A DNA stretch of 36,918 nt from an uncultured Clostridia bacterium. Lineage in GTDB: Bacteria > Bacillota > Clostridia > HGM11514. A program made the translations under genes and the position numbers. Every line of letters begins with the position of its first letter. The first letter of the stretch is position 1. The notes beneath the pieces were generated by a model. The model was not told the DNA's origin. It worked only from the letters and a program-made list of their open reading frames with translations, and ran no database searches. Where the stretch lies: contig CAKSSZ010000001.1 of the NCBI GenBank assembly GCA_934489915.1, positions 1-36,918 of the forward strand, in the 5' to 3' direction. Shown piece after piece: positions 18,625 to 29,060 of this stretch.

Positions 18625-19859
18625 CCGTTTTTCTTTAATTCTTCAAGCAGCATCCAAAGGGCGTTCATCGCCGTTTGCATGCGGATTTTTTCCCGGGAGC
18701 CGGATAATTGCAGCTTTTTACAACGCACCCCTTGGGGCGTTGCCAGCCCTACATACACCAATCCAACCGGTTTTTTCTCGCTGCCGCCGCCCGGCCCTGC
18801 GATCCCGGTCACCGACAAAGCATAATCCGCACCGGAAGCCTCCCTGGCGCCACGGCACATTTGCAAAGCAGTCAGGTCGCTTACCGCCCCCAAATGCTTT
18901 AATACCCGCTCCCTTACGCCCAGCAGCTCCTTCTTTGCCTCGTTGGCATACGTTACAAAGCCGTGGGTAAACACCCGGGAAGAGCCGGGCACCTCCGTTA
19001 TCATCTTTGCAATCATCCCGCCGGTGCAAGACTCCGCCAACGAAAGCCGCAGCCCCCGATCCTGCAACGCTTGCACCGCTACCGTTTGCAAATCGTCCTC
19101 ATCATAGCCATAGCAATATTCTCCTAACCGGGCATTCACCTGCTCTTCTGCCTGATCCAGCATCCGCTCCGCCTGCTCCTCCGTATGTGCCTTGGCAGTC
19201 AGCCGCAGGTGTACCTCGCACAGCTTAGCATACGGGGCGATGGTGGGATTTTTACTCTCCCGAATCAAATCCGCAATCAAGTGCTCCACCCGGGATTCCC
19301 CAATGCCAAACAGCCGCAGGGTACGGGAACAAATGATACTGTCCGTTTTCCGCATCAAATAAGGCCGCACATACCCGTCATACATTGTTTTCATTTCAAT
19401 CGGCGGCCCGGGCAGTAAAATTACCGCCTGATCCCCCCGCTCCATAATGCACCCCGGCGCTGTGCCGCAGTCATTTTTCAGCACAAGGGAGCCTTGGGGC
19501 AGCATGGCCTGTTTTTCATTGTTTGGCGTCATAGGGCGCCCCACTGCCTGAAAATAAGCTTTCATTCGATCCAGGCTGGGCTGATGCAGCACCAGCGGAA
19601 GCTGCATCAGCTCCGCTGCCGTTTCCTTCGTTAAATCATCCTGAGTAGGCCCCAAACCGCCGGTTACCACCAATAGATCTGCCCGGCTCAACGCTTGTTC
19701 CAGACAGGAACGCAGGCTGTTTGGATTATCCCCTACCACGCTTTGATAAAACACATCAATGCCTGCCTCGCTCAGCCGTTCCGACAAATACTGGGCATTG
19801 GTATTCACAATGTTCCCCAATAAAAGCTCCGTTCCTACCGCAATAATTTCTGCATTCAT
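18621..19859 (-). CDS. cinA: competence/damage-inducible protein CinA (MoCF-binding domain plus nicotinamide-nucleotide amidase PncC domain)
   Basis: MNAEIIAVGTELLLGNIVNTNAQYL N-terminus. C-terminal SLAESCTGG deamidase motif. Start trimmed to ATG 19859. cinA-recA synteny. Confidence 0.92.
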   Translation of the reverse strand: MNAEIIAVGTELLLGNIVNTNAQYLSERLSEAGIDVFYQSVVGDNPNSLRSCLEQALSRADLLVVTGGLGPTQDDLTKETAAELMQLPLVLHQPSLDRMKAYFQAVGRPMTPNNEKQAMLPQGSLVLKNDCGTAPGCIMERGDQAVILLPGPPIEMKTMYDGYVRPYLMRKTDSIICSRTLRLFGIGESRVEHLIADLIRESKNPTIAPYAKLCEVHLRLTAKAHTEEQAERMLDQAEEQVNARLGEYCYGYDEDDLQTVAVQALQDRGLRLSLAESCTGGMIAKMITEVPGSSRVFTHGFVTYANEAKKELLGVRERVLKHLGAVSDLTALQMCRGAREASGADYALSVTGIAGPGGGSEKKPVGLVYVGLATPQGVRCKKLQLSGSREKIRMQTAMNALWMLLEELKKNG

Positions 19860-19888
19860 GACAGTCTCCCTTCTGCCGATTCTGTCGG

Positions 19889-21055
19889 CTATTCCCAAGA
19901 AATCGGAATGACCTCCGTACCTTCCACCGCATCGTTGACCAATCTGTCATACTCCAACGCCTGCTCCGAAGCCTGAATTTCTTCCAAAACCGGCTTGGTT
20001 TTCGGATGTTTTGCTACAAAAACGGTGCAGCAGTCTTCATAGGGCAGTACAGAGGTTTCAAAGGTGCCGATTTTCCGGGCAATGGTAACAATCTCATCCT
20101 TGTCCATCCCGATCAGCGGCCGAAACACCGGCAGCTCCAGCCCTTGATTGGTCACCCCTAAACTATATAACGTCTGGCTGGCAACCTGCCCCAGGCTCTC
20201 CCCGGTAATCAATGCATGGGAGCCGGTATTTTTGGCAATTTTCTGTGCAATTCTCGCCATCATCCGCCGCATTAAAATGGTCCCCTCATCCGCTGGGCAA
20301 TTCTGATTAATTGCCAGCTGGCACTCAGTAAACGGTACCACATAAAGATTGATTTTCCCGCACCAGCCCGCCATCAGCGTAGCAAGCTCAATCACCTTTT
20401 CCTTTGCCCGCTGGCTGGTATAAGGATAGCTGTGAAAATGAACTGCATTCAGCTCCACGCCCCGCTTTCCCATCATATAACCGGCTACAGGGCTGTCAAT
20501 TCCGCCGGACAGCAGCAGTGTGGCACGTCCGTTGCAGCCTACCGGCATTCCGCCGGCGCCCTTGATTTTATCTGTATACACATAAGCCTCCAGATCCCGG
20601 ATCTCCACCCATAAGACGGTATCCGGGTGCTTGACATCCACCCGAATCCCGGGAATCCCTTCAAAAATAGCTTCTCCAACCCGAGCGCATATGGCAGGTG
20701 ACGCAAAGGGGAATTTTTTATCGCTCCGCTTCGCCTCCACCTTAAAGCTGGAAACACCCGCTTCCTGCACCATTTCCAACGCAAGAGCGCTGATTTTTTC
20801 CAAGTCCTTTTCCACCCGTGCCACCCGGGCAATATTAACAATTCCAAATACCTGCTTCAGGCGATGGATCATTTCATCCAAATCTGCCCCGTCCTCCGGT
20901 TCAATATAGATGGTGGCCTGTGCCCGGCGAATTTTAAATTTCCCCAGCCCTCTCAGCCGATACTTTATATTTTTTTCCAACTTTTCTTCAAAAATGTGTC
21001 GATTCAATCCTTTTAAAATAATTTCTCCGCATTTTACCATAATCAGCTCTTGCAT
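19889..21055 (-). CDS. thiI: tRNA 4-thiouridine(8) synthase ThiI
   Basis: 388-aa ORF with THUMP-type N-terminus and PP-loop LLSGGIDSPVAGY. Follows a cysteine desulfurase. Confidence 0.92.
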   Translation of the reverse strand: MQELIMVKCGEIILKGLNRHIFEEKLEKNIKYRLRGLGKFKIRRAQATIYIEPEDGADLDEMIHRLKQVFGIVNIARVARVEKDLEKISALALEMVQEAGVSSFKVEAKRSDKKFPFASPAICARVGEAIFEGIPGIRVDVKHPDTVLWVEIRDLEAYVYTDKIKGAGGMPVGCNGRATLLLSGGIDSPVAGYMMGKRGVELNAVHFHSYPYTSQRAKEKVIELATLMAGWCGKINLYVVPFTECQLAINQNCPADEGTILMRRMMARIAQKIAKNTGSHALITGESLGQVASQTLYSLGVTNQGLELPVFRPLIGMDKDEIVTIARKIGTFETSVLPYEDCCTVFVAKHPKTKPVLEEIQASEQALEYDRLVNDAVEGTEVIPISWE

Positions 21056-21066
21056 GGTGTTTCCCC

Positions 21067-22206
21067 CTACTTTCGTTTAATCTGCCGCAATGCGGGAACG
21101 ATTTCCCGTAATGCTTTCACGCATTGCTCGGCTTGCTCTGCCGTATTTTCCCCGGAAAAGCTGAATCGCAGTGCGCTGTCAATCCGTTCCCTGGGCAATC
21201 CGATTGCCGTCAGCACATGGCTGGGGCTGGGCTTATGAGACGCACAGGCAGATCCGCTGGATACAAAAATCTGCTGCTCCTCTAAAAAATGCAGCAAGGT
21301 TTCCGAGCGAACCCCTAAAAAAGACAAATTTAAAATGTGAGCAACCCCATCCTCCGGGCTGTTTTCATAAACCTCATCCAAAGAAAGCGCCCCTCGGCGA
21401 AGAACCTCTTTAACCTGCCTCATCCGTTCCTCATTTTTCTGCCGATCGGGAAGCATTTTGCTCACCGCTTCCGCAAAGCCTGCAATCCCCGGAACATTCT
21501 CCGTACCGGATCGCAGCCCCCGCTCCTGACCGCCGCCGAATAAATAACCGCTCAGGCGAACGCCCTTTTTCAGGTACAATGCCCCCGTTCCCTTAGGACC
21601 GTGAATTTTATGTGCGCTGAAAAACGCCCCATCGCACCAGGCAGCGGAAAAATCCTCCCGGCAATATCCCTGGACGCAATCCACCAAAAAAACCGTATCC
21701 GGATTATTTCTGCGGATCAACTCGCCCATGCTCCGGATAGGCAGAAGAGAGCCGATTTCATTATTCACCAGCATGGCAGTCACCAAAACCGTATCCTCCC
21801 GCAGGCTGTCCTCCAGCTGCTCCAAGCTGATTTTCCCTGCGGCGTCTACCGTCAAATAGGTTACCTCATAGCCCTGCTTTTCCAGCTGCTCATAACACCG
21901 CAGTACGCAAGGATGCTCCATGGCGGTAGTAATCACATGCCGTCCCCGCCGTGCACCGGTGACTCCGAAAATCGCCAAGTTGGCCGATTCCGTCCCGCCG
22001 CAGGTAAAGTAAATCTCTTCCGGCTTGGCATGAAGGGAAGCCGCCACCGTTTTTCGGGCAGCGGTAACGGTTCGCTCCGCTCGGCTCCCTCTGGTATGCA
22101 AAGAGGAAGGGTTCCCGTAATTTTCATACGCCTGCTGCGCCATCACCTCGCACACCCTTTGAAAAGGCCGGGTGGTAGCGCTGTTATCAAAATAGATTTC
22201 ACTCAC
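21067..22206 (-). CDS. cysteine desulfurase (NifS/IscS-like, class V aminotransferase)
   Basis: 379-aa ORF with PLP-lysine motif SAHKIHGPKG and catalytic-Cys loop SSGSACAS. Confidence 0.92.
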   Translation of the reverse strand: MSEIYFDNSATTRPFQRVCEVMAQQAYENYGNPSSLHTRGSRAERTVTAARKTVAASLHAKPEEIYFTCGGTESANLAIFGVTGARRGRHVITTAMEHPCVLRCYEQLEKQGYEVTYLTVDAAGKISLEQLEDSLREDTVLVTAMLVNNEIGSLLPIRSMGELIRRNNPDTVFLVDCVQGYCREDFSAAWCDGAFFSAHKIHGPKGTGALYLKKGVRLSGYLFGGGQERGLRSGTENVPGIAGFAEAVSKMLPDRQKNEERMRQVKEVLRRGALSLDEVYENSPEDGVAHILNLSFLGVRSETLLHFLEEQQIFVSSGSACASHKPSPSHVLTAIGLPRERIDSALRFSFSGENTAEQAEQCVKALREIVPALRQIKRK

Positions 22207-22217
22207 TGTTCTCTCTC

Positions 22218-23147
22218 CTATTCCAACACAGTTTGGATCAAATAATCGGTATACGCTTTCGCCCCCTGCAGGTTCAAATGCTGATTATCCGACACCTTAT
22301 CCTCGATAAAAGTCTCCCGGGAAAGACCGATTTCATGATACTCCTCCGCCGTCAGCGCCGTAACATCCCCGCACACCCGCTCCAGCTCCGTCAAAAAAGA
22401 AGCATAGGGAATTCGCTGTACAAATTCCTCCAGCCAGGGCACCACCAAAAACACCAGCCGTACACCCTTTTTTTCACACAGTGCCTGCATACGGTGCAGC
22501 ATTTCCTCATCCTGCTGCCGCAGGGTAAAGGGCACAGCAGAAACCGCCATATCAAAATAACCCTGGTACTGTTCATCCGTAATCCGACTGTCAATCCCGG
22601 AAAAACCGTAGGTATAAGTGCCTCTTTTTCCTTCCAGGTTGGCTTTCAGATTGTCAAAATCCTTCCAATTGCTATGCTCCCGAATCAAAGGAAACAGTGC
22701 GTCAATCAAGCGGGTATCGGAAAAGCCCTCCCTTGCCAGCCGCACCTTGGCAGGAGACAGACGGATACAATCCAGATTGGTATAATTCACCTCGGTAAAT
22801 TCCTTGTAAGCGGCATATAAATCCACTGCCACAACCTCCGGCTTTTGATACCGGAGCGCTTCTTCCATACAATAATAGCTTTCTGTCAGCGTTTGCATTC
22901 CGGAGCTGATCAATACCGCCTTTTTCCCCGTTTTATCCTGAATCTCCATGGGGTCAATCCCGCAGTACACATGAGAACTGCCCAAAAAAAGGTAAGAAAC
23001 CGTATCGGGATTCCGATAAAGATCCTGCCAAACGGAATTTTGCCGCTCGTCCACATACGGAATCACTCCGCTCAGCCAATGAAAGCACAGGACGAACAAC
23101 AGGAGAAAGCAGCAAAGGGACAGCCCTGCCATCCATCGTTTTTTCAT
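22218..23147 (-). CDS. membrane-anchored SGNH/DltD/PatB-like putative O-acyltransferase partner of the MBOAT protein
   Basis: 309-aa ORF with an N-terminal signal anchor (MKKRWMAGLSLCCFLLLFVL), block-I-like LFLGSSHV and C-terminal DNQHLN (DxxH). Directly downstream of the MBOAT gene. Family assignment is tentative. Confidence 0.55.
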   Translation of the reverse strand: MKKRWMAGLSLCCFLLLFVLCFHWLSGVIPYVDERQNSVWQDLYRNPDTVSYLFLGSSHVYCGIDPMEIQDKTGKKAVLISSGMQTLTESYYCMEEALRYQKPEVVAVDLYAAYKEFTEVNYTNLDCIRLSPAKVRLAREGFSDTRLIDALFPLIREHSNWKDFDNLKANLEGKRGTYTYGFSGIDSRITDEQYQGYFDMAVSAVPFTLRQQDEEMLHRMQALCEKKGVRLVFLVVPWLEEFVQRIPYASFLTELERVCGDVTALTAEEYHEIGLSRETFIEDKVSDNQHLNLQGAKAYTDYLIQTVLE

Positions 23148-23159
23148 CGTCCGCCCCCC

Positions 23160-24605
23160 TTAAAACTGAAAATAAATAAACTGTGTAACTGTGTTTGCTC
23201 CGTAAACGCCCAATATGATACATACAAAAATTAAAATCAGATAAACCCCCCAGCGCACCGGCGCCGCCCATTTCGGACAGGAAAGCAAAATCCGCTCCCC
23301 CCGCCATTCCAGCGCAAATAGCAACCCGATGCTTACCAGGGAAACCACAAGCTCCGCTCCGTTCAGCCCGCATTGATACAAGGGACTTTGAGGACTGAAA
23401 ATCAGCTCTCTCAAGGAAGAATAAGAAGTCATATGGAAAAACACAGTGAATGCGTCTCCTACCGTTTCCGCACGGAAGAACACCCAAGCAGCGCACACCA
23501 GCGCAAAGGTAATAAGCCGCATCAGCCAGCGTACCGGCAGACAAAATTGCCTTTTTTTCTTCCCCCAGATCAAGCGGTGCCCAACCACCAGCAGACCGTG
23601 GAGCAAGCCCCATAATAAAAAAGTCATACCGGCGCCGTGCCAAATTCCGCTGATGATAAATACCAGCAGTACATTCAACAGATAACGCCATCTGGGTACC
23701 CGATTCCCTCCTAAGGGAATGTAGATATAATCCTGCAGCCAGCTGGATAGGGAAATATGCCACCGATCCCAAAATTCCTGAATGGTAGCAGCCAAATACG
23801 GGCGGTTGAAATTCGTCATTAACCGAAAGCCCATGATTCGGGCAACTCCGATGGCAATATCGCAATAGCCGGAAAAATCGCAATAAATCTGTACGGCAAA
23901 AAAGACCGTCGCCAGCAGGCAAAGCCAGCCGCCCTGCTCCGACGGTGCGGAATACACCGCGTCCACAAACACTGCTAGTCGATCCGCAATCACCACTTTT
24001 TTAAAATAGCCCCACAAGATCCGCAGCAGGCTGACCCGAAAAGCAGTCAACTGAAACCGGTGTTTTTTCCGGAACTGAGGCAGCAGGTTTTCTGCCCGTT
24101 CAATCGGCCCTGCCACCAGCTGGGGAAAAAAGCTGACATACAAAGAAAACATTATAAAATTCTTTTCGTGCTTCATGCTGCCCCGGTAAACATCAATTAA
24201 GTAACCGGCCAGCTGAAAGGTATAAAATGAAATCCCCACCGGCAGCACCCAGTTGAGCTGTACCGGCTGCCGATGAATCCCGATCCACCCCAGCCATTCT
24301 GCCGCCAATCGGGCAGTATAATCAAAATATTTGAACAGGAACAGCGCCCCGAAGCCTACCGCCAGCCCGGCTGCCAGCAGAAGTCGGCGCTCTCCCGCCC
24401 GGCGGCTTGCTTCTATTCTGCCGGACAAAAAATAAATCCACAGGGAAAACAAAAGCAGCATTCCCAAATAAAAAACACTCCAGCTCATATAAAAATAGTA
24501 GCTGGCCGCCAATAAAAATACCGGCCTTGCCTTTTGAGGCAGCAAGAAATATACCGGTATTACAACAGCTGCAAATAACAGGAATGCAACGGAATTAAAC
24601 AGCAT
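23160..24605 (-). CDS. MBOAT family membrane-bound O-acyltransferase (AlgI/DltB/PatA-like)
   Basis: 481-aa polytopic ORF with the conserved block FWDRWHISLSSWLQDYIYIPLGGNR, which contains the MBOAT histidine. Confidence 0.9.
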   Translation of the reverse strand: MLFNSVAFLLFAAVVIPVYFLLPQKARPVFLLAASYYFYMSWSVFYLGMLLLFSLWIYFLSGRIEASRRAGERRLLLAAGLAVGFGALFLFKYFDYTARLAAEWLGWIGIHRQPVQLNWVLPVGISFYTFQLAGYLIDVYRGSMKHEKNFIMFSLYVSFFPQLVAGPIERAENLLPQFRKKHRFQLTAFRVSLLRILWGYFKKVVIADRLAVFVDAVYSAPSEQGGWLCLLATVFFAVQIYCDFSGYCDIAIGVARIMGFRLMTNFNRPYLAATIQEFWDRWHISLSSWLQDYIYIPLGGNRVPRWRYLLNVLLVFIISGIWHGAGMTFLLWGLLHGLLVVGHRLIWGKKKRQFCLPVRWLMRLITFALVCAAWVFFRAETVGDAFTVFFHMTSYSSLRELIFSPQSPLYQCGLNGAELVVSLVSIGLLFALEWRGERILLSCPKWAAPVRWGVYLILIFVCIILGVYGANTVTQFIYFQF

Positions 24606-24639
24606 TTCGGTTCTCCTTTATTTTATAGGCTACCTTTTC

Positions 24640-24668
24640 ATTGTACCATATCTCACATAAAATATCAA
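24640..24668 (-). promoter_or_regulatory. sigma-A-like promoter for the MBOAT gene (TTGATA-17 nt-TACAAT, TGn extended -10)
   Basis: Minus strand reads TTGATATTTTATGTGAGATATGGTACAAT. RBS AAGGAG precedes the ATG at 24605. Confidence 0.5.
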
Positions 24669-24697
24669 TAAAAAGATTTTATTTTTCCCAAGAAGCA

Positions 24698-24732
24698 ATC
24701 CAAGGCGGCGCTATCAACGCACCGCCTTGGAT
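24698..24732 (-). terminator. GC-rich hairpin after pyrI (probable pyr operon terminator with a weak U-tract)
   Basis: ATCCAAGGCGG-N13-CCGCCTTGGAT forms an 11-bp perfect stem 14 nt after the pyrI stop. It is followed on the minus strand by UGCUUCUU. Confidence 0.45.
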
Positions 24733-24745
24733 CATCTCCGTATTT

Positions 24746-25168
24746 TTACAATCTTTTTGCTTTTGTTTCACAGTAAAGACAGCGATAAATTCCCTTTTCC
24801 CGATCGGTTAAGCGGAATACCTGGGGCAGCTCCTGCTCTATGGTGGTAATACAACGCGGATTTTTGCACATAATCACACCCTCAACCCGCTCAGGCAGCG
24901 ACAGGGGCGCATGCTTCACGCTGACGCCCCCTCGGATCACATTTACCGTAATCCCGGGGTTCACATAGCCCAGTACATCCAGATTCAAATCAATCACCTG
25001 ATCAATTTTAATAATGTCCTTTTTGCCCATTTTCACACTGTCTGCATTTTTAATAATGGCAACGGAGCATTCCAGCTCGTCCAGCTTTAAAATATGATAT
25101 AGCTCCATACCCTTTCCCGCTTGGATATGATCCAGCACAATTCCGTCTGTAATCGGATCTATTTGCAT
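24746..25168 (-). CDS. pyrI: aspartate carbamoyltransferase regulatory subunit
   Basis: 140-aa ORF with C-terminal zinc domain CKNPRCIT...YRCLYCE. Overlaps pyrB by 10 nt. Confidence 0.93.
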   Translation of the reverse strand: MQIDPITDGIVLDHIQAGKGMELYHILKLDELECSVAIIKNADSVKMGKKDIIKIDQVIDLNLDVLGYVNPGITVNVIRGGVSVKHAPLSLPERVEGVIMCKNPRCITTIEQELPQVFRLTDREKGIYRCLYCETKAKRL

Positions 25169-26082
25169 AACGGCACCTCCAGCAGCTTCAAAATCAAGGC
25201 TTTTCGTATCATCTTCCCGTTCAGCACCTGCTTAAAGTAGCAGGCGCGGGGATCGGCGTCTACCTCGCACGCAATTTCATTCACACGGGGCAGGGGGTGC
25301 AAAACAGACAAATCCGCCCGCCCTTGCTTCATTTTTTCCGCCGTTAAAATATAGCTGTCTTTTAACCGAATATAATCCGCTTCATTAAAAAACCGTTCCC
25401 GCTGCACCCGGGTCATGTACAAAATGTCCAGCTCCGGCATGGCGTCCTCCAGACAATCGGTTTCCCGAAAAGAAATCCCGCCCCGTTCCAGTACATCCTG
25501 ACGAAGGTAATCGGGGATTTTCAGCTCCGGCGGCGAGATAAACACAAACTGCACTTTTTCATATCGGCACATGGCCTGTACCAAAGAATGCACCGTCCTG
25601 CCGAATTTCAAATCGCCACACAGCCCTACCGTCAAATGATCCAGCCGTCCCTTTTCCCGCTGAATCGTCAAAAGATCCGCCAGGGTTTGAGTTGGGTGAT
25701 TATGCCCGCCGTCGCCTGCGTTAATCATCGGCACCGGGGAGTGAAAGGACGCCGCCAAGGGCGCTCCCTCCTTTGGGTGGCGCATGGCAATAATATCCGC
25801 ATAGCACCCTACCACTCTTACTGTGTCCGCCACACTTTCTCCCTTAGAGGCGGAGCTGCTGGTCGCCTCGGAAAATCCCAGCACCTGTCCGCCCAGTTCA
25901 TACATCGCCGCCTCAAAACTTAAACGGGTGCGGGTGGACGGTTCATAAAACAAAGTCGCAAGCTTTTTTCCACGGCATGCGTCGCTGTATGCCTCCGGCC
26001 GGGCAATGATATCCTGCGCTCTTGCAATAAGCCCGTCAATTTCCTCCGGCGTGAGATTTAAAATATCAATTAAATGTCTCAT
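25159..26082 (-). CDS. pyrB: aspartate carbamoyltransferase catalytic subunit
   Basis: 307-aa ORF with motifs [13 protein letters not shown] and HPLPR. Confidence 0.96.
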   Translation of the reverse strand: MRHLIDILNLTPEEIDGLIARAQDIIARPEAYSDACRGKKLATLFYEPSTRTRLSFEAAMYELGGQVLGFSEATSSSASKGESVADTVRVVGCYADIIAMRHPKEGAPLAASFHSPVPMINAGDGGHNHPTQTLADLLTIQREKGRLDHLTVGLCGDLKFGRTVHSLVQAMCRYEKVQFVFISPPELKIPDYLRQDVLERGGISFRETDCLEDAMPELDILYMTRVQRERFFNEADYIRLKDSYILTAEKMKQGRADLSVLHPLPRVNEIACEVDADPRACYFKQVLNGKMIRKALILKLLEVPLCK

Positions 26083-26723
26083 TTATTTTCCTCCATCCAG
26101 CTTTCGTCGGAAGGATTGTCCCGAAACGCCAGCAGACGGGAAACCGCCTCTTTCGGAATTCTGCCGGACTGAGCAGCCATTTCTACCACGGTATCAAAAT
26201 TGGTCAGGCTGATATTCTTCACCTGCGCCGCCGCCAAACGTTCCAGCCCCTTTTTCATCCCGTAGGTAAAGATGCTGACAATTCCCAGCACCTCCGCTTC
26301 TGCCTCCCGCAGTGCCTCAACCACTTCAATCACGCTGCCGCCGGTGGAAATCAAATCCTCCACCACCACTACTTTTTGTCCCGGGAGCAGCTTGCCTTCA
26401 ATCCGGTTCCCACGTCCGTGATCCTTTTGACCGGAGCGAACATACCCCATCGGCAAATCCAACAAGTGGGCAGTAATAGCCGCATGGGCAATTCCGGCGG
26501 TGCTGGTTCCCATCAGCACCTGACAGTCCGGATAAGCCGAACGAACCGTTTCCGCCAACGCCTGCTCTACATGTCCCCGCACCTGGGGGGCAGTCAGTGT
26601 CAGGCGGTTATCGCAGTAAATCGGGCTTTTGATTCCGCTTGCCCAGGTAAAGGGCTGATCCGGCCGCAAAAAAACCGCTCCGATCGAAAGTAAATCCTTG
26701 GCTATTTCCTGTGCAACGCTCAT
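26079..26723 (-). CDS. pyrE: orotate phosphoribosyltransferase
   Basis: PRPP motif [13 protein letters not shown]. Start trimmed to [12 protein letters not shown] (ATG 26723) with GGAGGAG upstream. 4-nt overlaps on both sides. Confidence 0.93.
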   Translation of the reverse strand: MSVAQEIAKDLLSIGAVFLRPDQPFTWASGIKSPIYCDNRLTLTAPQVRGHVEQALAETVRSAYPDCQVLMGTSTAGIAHAAITAHLLDLPMGYVRSGQKDHGRGNRIEGKLLPGQKVVVVEDLISTGGSVIEVVEALREAEAEVLGIVSIFTYGMKKGLERLAAAQVKNISLTNFDTVVEMAAQSGRIPKEAVSRLLAFRDNPSDESWMEENK

Positions 26724-27433
26724 TCTTGTACTCCTCCTTCTAAAAATTCCCGGCAGCACCGGTCATACGCAGCTTTCGGGTCGGCAGCCGCAGTAATCGG
26801 ACGACCCACAACAATATAATCAGAACCCAGCGCTCTGGCCTGTGCCGGCGTAGTCACCCGCACCTGATCCCCTACGGCGCCGTCCGCAAAGCGAACGCCC
26901 GGCGTTACGGTGCAAAATCCGCTGCCGCACACTTCCTTCACCTTGCCTGCTTCCAAGGGGGAGCAAACAACGCCGTCCAAGCCGGACTCCTGCGCATTTT
27001 TTGCATAGTGCATCACCACACGGTCAATCGGCTGAGGAATCAGCAGTTCCCGTTCCATTAACTCCTGACTGGTGGAGGTCAGCTGGGTTACGCCGATCAA
27101 CAGCGGTCTGGATCCGTCCTCCCGGGTCAAGCCCTCCAGCGCCGCCTGCATCATAACGGATCCCCCTCCGGCATGGAGATTGCACATATCCACCTGCAAG
27201 CGGGACAGCACACGCATGGTCTTTTTCACTGTGTTGGGAATGTCATGCAGCTTTAAGTCCAAAAAGATCGGGTGCCCTCTCTTTTTGATTTCCCGCACAA
27301 TGTCCGGCCCCTCCGCATAATACAGCTCCATTCCGATTTTCAAGTACGGCTTTTTTTCCGGAAACAGCTCCAGAAAATCCAGCACCTCCTGTCTGCTTCC
27401 AAAATCACATGCAATAATCACATCCTGACTCAT
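26720..27433 (-). CDS. pyrF: orotidine 5'-phosphate decarboxylase
   Basis: Motifs [10 protein letters not shown] and VVGRPI. Start trimmed to [10 protein letters not shown] (ATG 27433). Confidence 0.93.
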   Translation of the reverse strand: MSQDVIIACDFGSRQEVLDFLELFPEKKPYLKIGMELYYAEGPDIVREIKKRGHPIFLDLKLHDIPNTVKKTMRVLSRLQVDMCNLHAGGGSVMMQAALEGLTREDGSRPLLIGVTQLTSTSQELMERELLIPQPIDRVVMHYAKNAQESGLDGVVCSPLEAGKVKEVCGSGFCTVTPGVRFADGAVGDQVRVTTPAQARALGSDYIVVGRPITAAADPKAAYDRCCREFLEGGVQE

Positions 27434-28338
27434 TTCGCTCCTCCTATCACTTCTTCTAACGATGAAATTCCATATCGCTCCATCACACAGGGCAATTGCG
27501 CTACAATATCCCGGCACAAATAAGGGTCAGCCAGCTGCGCTGCGCCGATCTCTACCGCCGTTGCGCCGGCAAGCATCATTTCCAGCACATCCTCCGCCGT
27601 TGACACGCCGCCCATGCCCACCACCGGGACGGACACCGCCTGCGCCACCTGATAAACCATCCGCACCGCCACAGGAAAGATGGCAGGGCCTGAAAACCCG
27701 CCCATAACATTAGCAAGCACCGGCCGCTTTCGTTTTAAATCAATCCGCATTCCAAGCATGGTATTAATCAGGCTGATGCCGTCTGCACCGGCCGCTTCTA
27801 CCGCCCGGGCGATTGCCACAATATCGGTAACGTTGGGCGTCAGCTTTACTAAGATTGGCTTGGCGGTCACCTGTTTCACTGCCCGGGTCACCTCTGCCGC
27901 CGCTGCCGGATCGGTTCCAAAACTCATTCCTCCGTGGCGCACATTGGGGCAGCTGATGTTCACTTCAATCCAGCCAACCTGCGGCTCCCGATCAATCTTT
28001 TCGCAGCATTCCTGATATTCTTCAATGGAAAAGCCGCTGATGTTTGCCATAACCGGCTTGTGAAAACATTCCTTCAGCCGAGGCAGCTCTCGGGAAATCA
28101 CCTGATCAATCCCCGGATTTTGCAGCCCGACTGCATTTAGCATTCCTGCAGTACACTCTGCAATCCGAGGGGTTGGATTCCCAAACCTCGGCTCTCGGGT
28201 GGTTCCCTTAAAAGAGAAGGTCCCCAGACAATTAATATCATACAGCTCAGCAAACTCATAGCCGTACCCAAAGGTACCGGAAGCGGGAATCACCGGATTA
28301 TCCAGCCGTATTCCGCATAGCGTTACTTCTGTTCCCAT
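27430..28338 (-). CDS. pyrD: dihydroorotate dehydrogenase 1B, catalytic subunit
   Basis: Motifs [19 protein letters not shown] and GGV.T..D. Start trimmed to MGTEVTLCG (ATG 28338). Paired with pyrK. Confidence 0.93.
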   Translation of the reverse strand: MGTEVTLCGIRLDNPVIPASGTFGYGYEFAELYDINCLGTFSFKGTTREPRFGNPTPRIAECTAGMLNAVGLQNPGIDQVISRELPRLKECFHKPVMANISGFSIEEYQECCEKIDREPQVGWIEVNISCPNVRHGGMSFGTDPAAAAEVTRAVKQVTAKPILVKLTPNVTDIVAIARAVEAAGADGISLINTMLGMRIDLKRKRPVLANVMGGFSGPAIFPVAVRMVYQVAQAVSVPVVGMGGVSTAEDVLEMMLAGATAVEIGAAQLADPYLCRDIVAQLPCVMERYGISSLEEVIGGAK

Positions 28339-29060
28339 AGAATTTCCTCCTTCCGAAACACCGGCCCCTCCTTGCAAATGCGCCGGGCGCCGTCCTTTGT
28401 TTTACAGCTGCACCCCATACAGGCACCGAAGCCGCAGCCCATCCGTTCCTCCAGACTAAACTGCCCGCTGCACGGGGTAACGTCCGAAACCGCCCGCAGC
28501 ATAGGGTAAGGCCCGCAAGCGTAGCAATAGGTCACCCCGCAAAAGGACGCATCCGTCACCCGCCCGGCAGCGCCGTACGAACCGTCCTCGGTAAATATCT
28601 CTACCGTCACTCCCAGATTTTGAAACTCCGCTTCATAAAACACATCCTCCCGGGAAGCAAATCCCAGCACTGCCCGCACCTGCTTTCCTTGGGCGGTCAG
28701 CTCCTTTGCCAATCGGTATAACGGGGGCACACCGACTCCGCCGCCAACCAATACCGGCCGTTCTCCGCTTTCCGTCAGAGAAAATCCGTTTCCCAGGCCG
28801 ATTAAGCAATCCAGCCGTTCCCCGGTGCGCATGGCCGCCATCTGCGCCGTTCCGGCTCCCACCACTTTATAAATCAGAACCAGCCCTTCCGGACTGTAAT
28901 CGCAAATGGAAATGGGTCTGCGCAAAAACCGCCCCTCCAGCTTCAAATTAACAAATTGCCCCGGCGCAGTAACGGCAGAGGAATCACCCTTCAAGGTCAT
29001 CCGCATAACATCCCGTGCAATTTGCTCCTGGCTTTCTACCGTAAACCAACCCTGTTTCAT
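28323..29060 (-). CDS. pyrK: dihydroorotate dehydrogenase 1B, electron-transfer (FAD/2Fe-2S) subunit
   Basis: RRPISI FAD motif and C-terminal 2Fe-2S CGFGACMGCSC. Preferred start is MKQGWF (ATG 29060), sharing 1 nt with the pyrC stop (TGATG). The alternative ATG is at 29078. Confidence 0.9.
   Translation of the reverse strand: MKQGWFTVESQEQIARDVMRMTLKGDSSAVTAPGQFVNLKLEGRFLRRPISICDYSPEGLVLIYKVVGAGTAQMAAMRTGERLDCLIGLGNGFSLTESGERPVLVGGGVGVPPLYRLAKELTAQGKQVRAVLGFASREDVFYEAEFQNLGVTVEIFTEDGSYGAAGRVTDASFCGVTYCYACGPYPMLRAVSDVTPCSGQFSLEERMGCGFGACMGCSCKTKDGARRICKEGPVFRKEEILWEQK

Noticed and set aside
22954-23922. 322-aa same-strand alternative-frame ORF across the MBOAT/SGNH junction; likewise the 249-aa ORF at 12223-12972 over the radical SAM 3' half
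   Set aside because: Their out-of-frame translations are R/G/A/C-rich with no recognisable domain. The annotated frames carry clear family motifs. I saw no evidence of a frameshift in the real genes.
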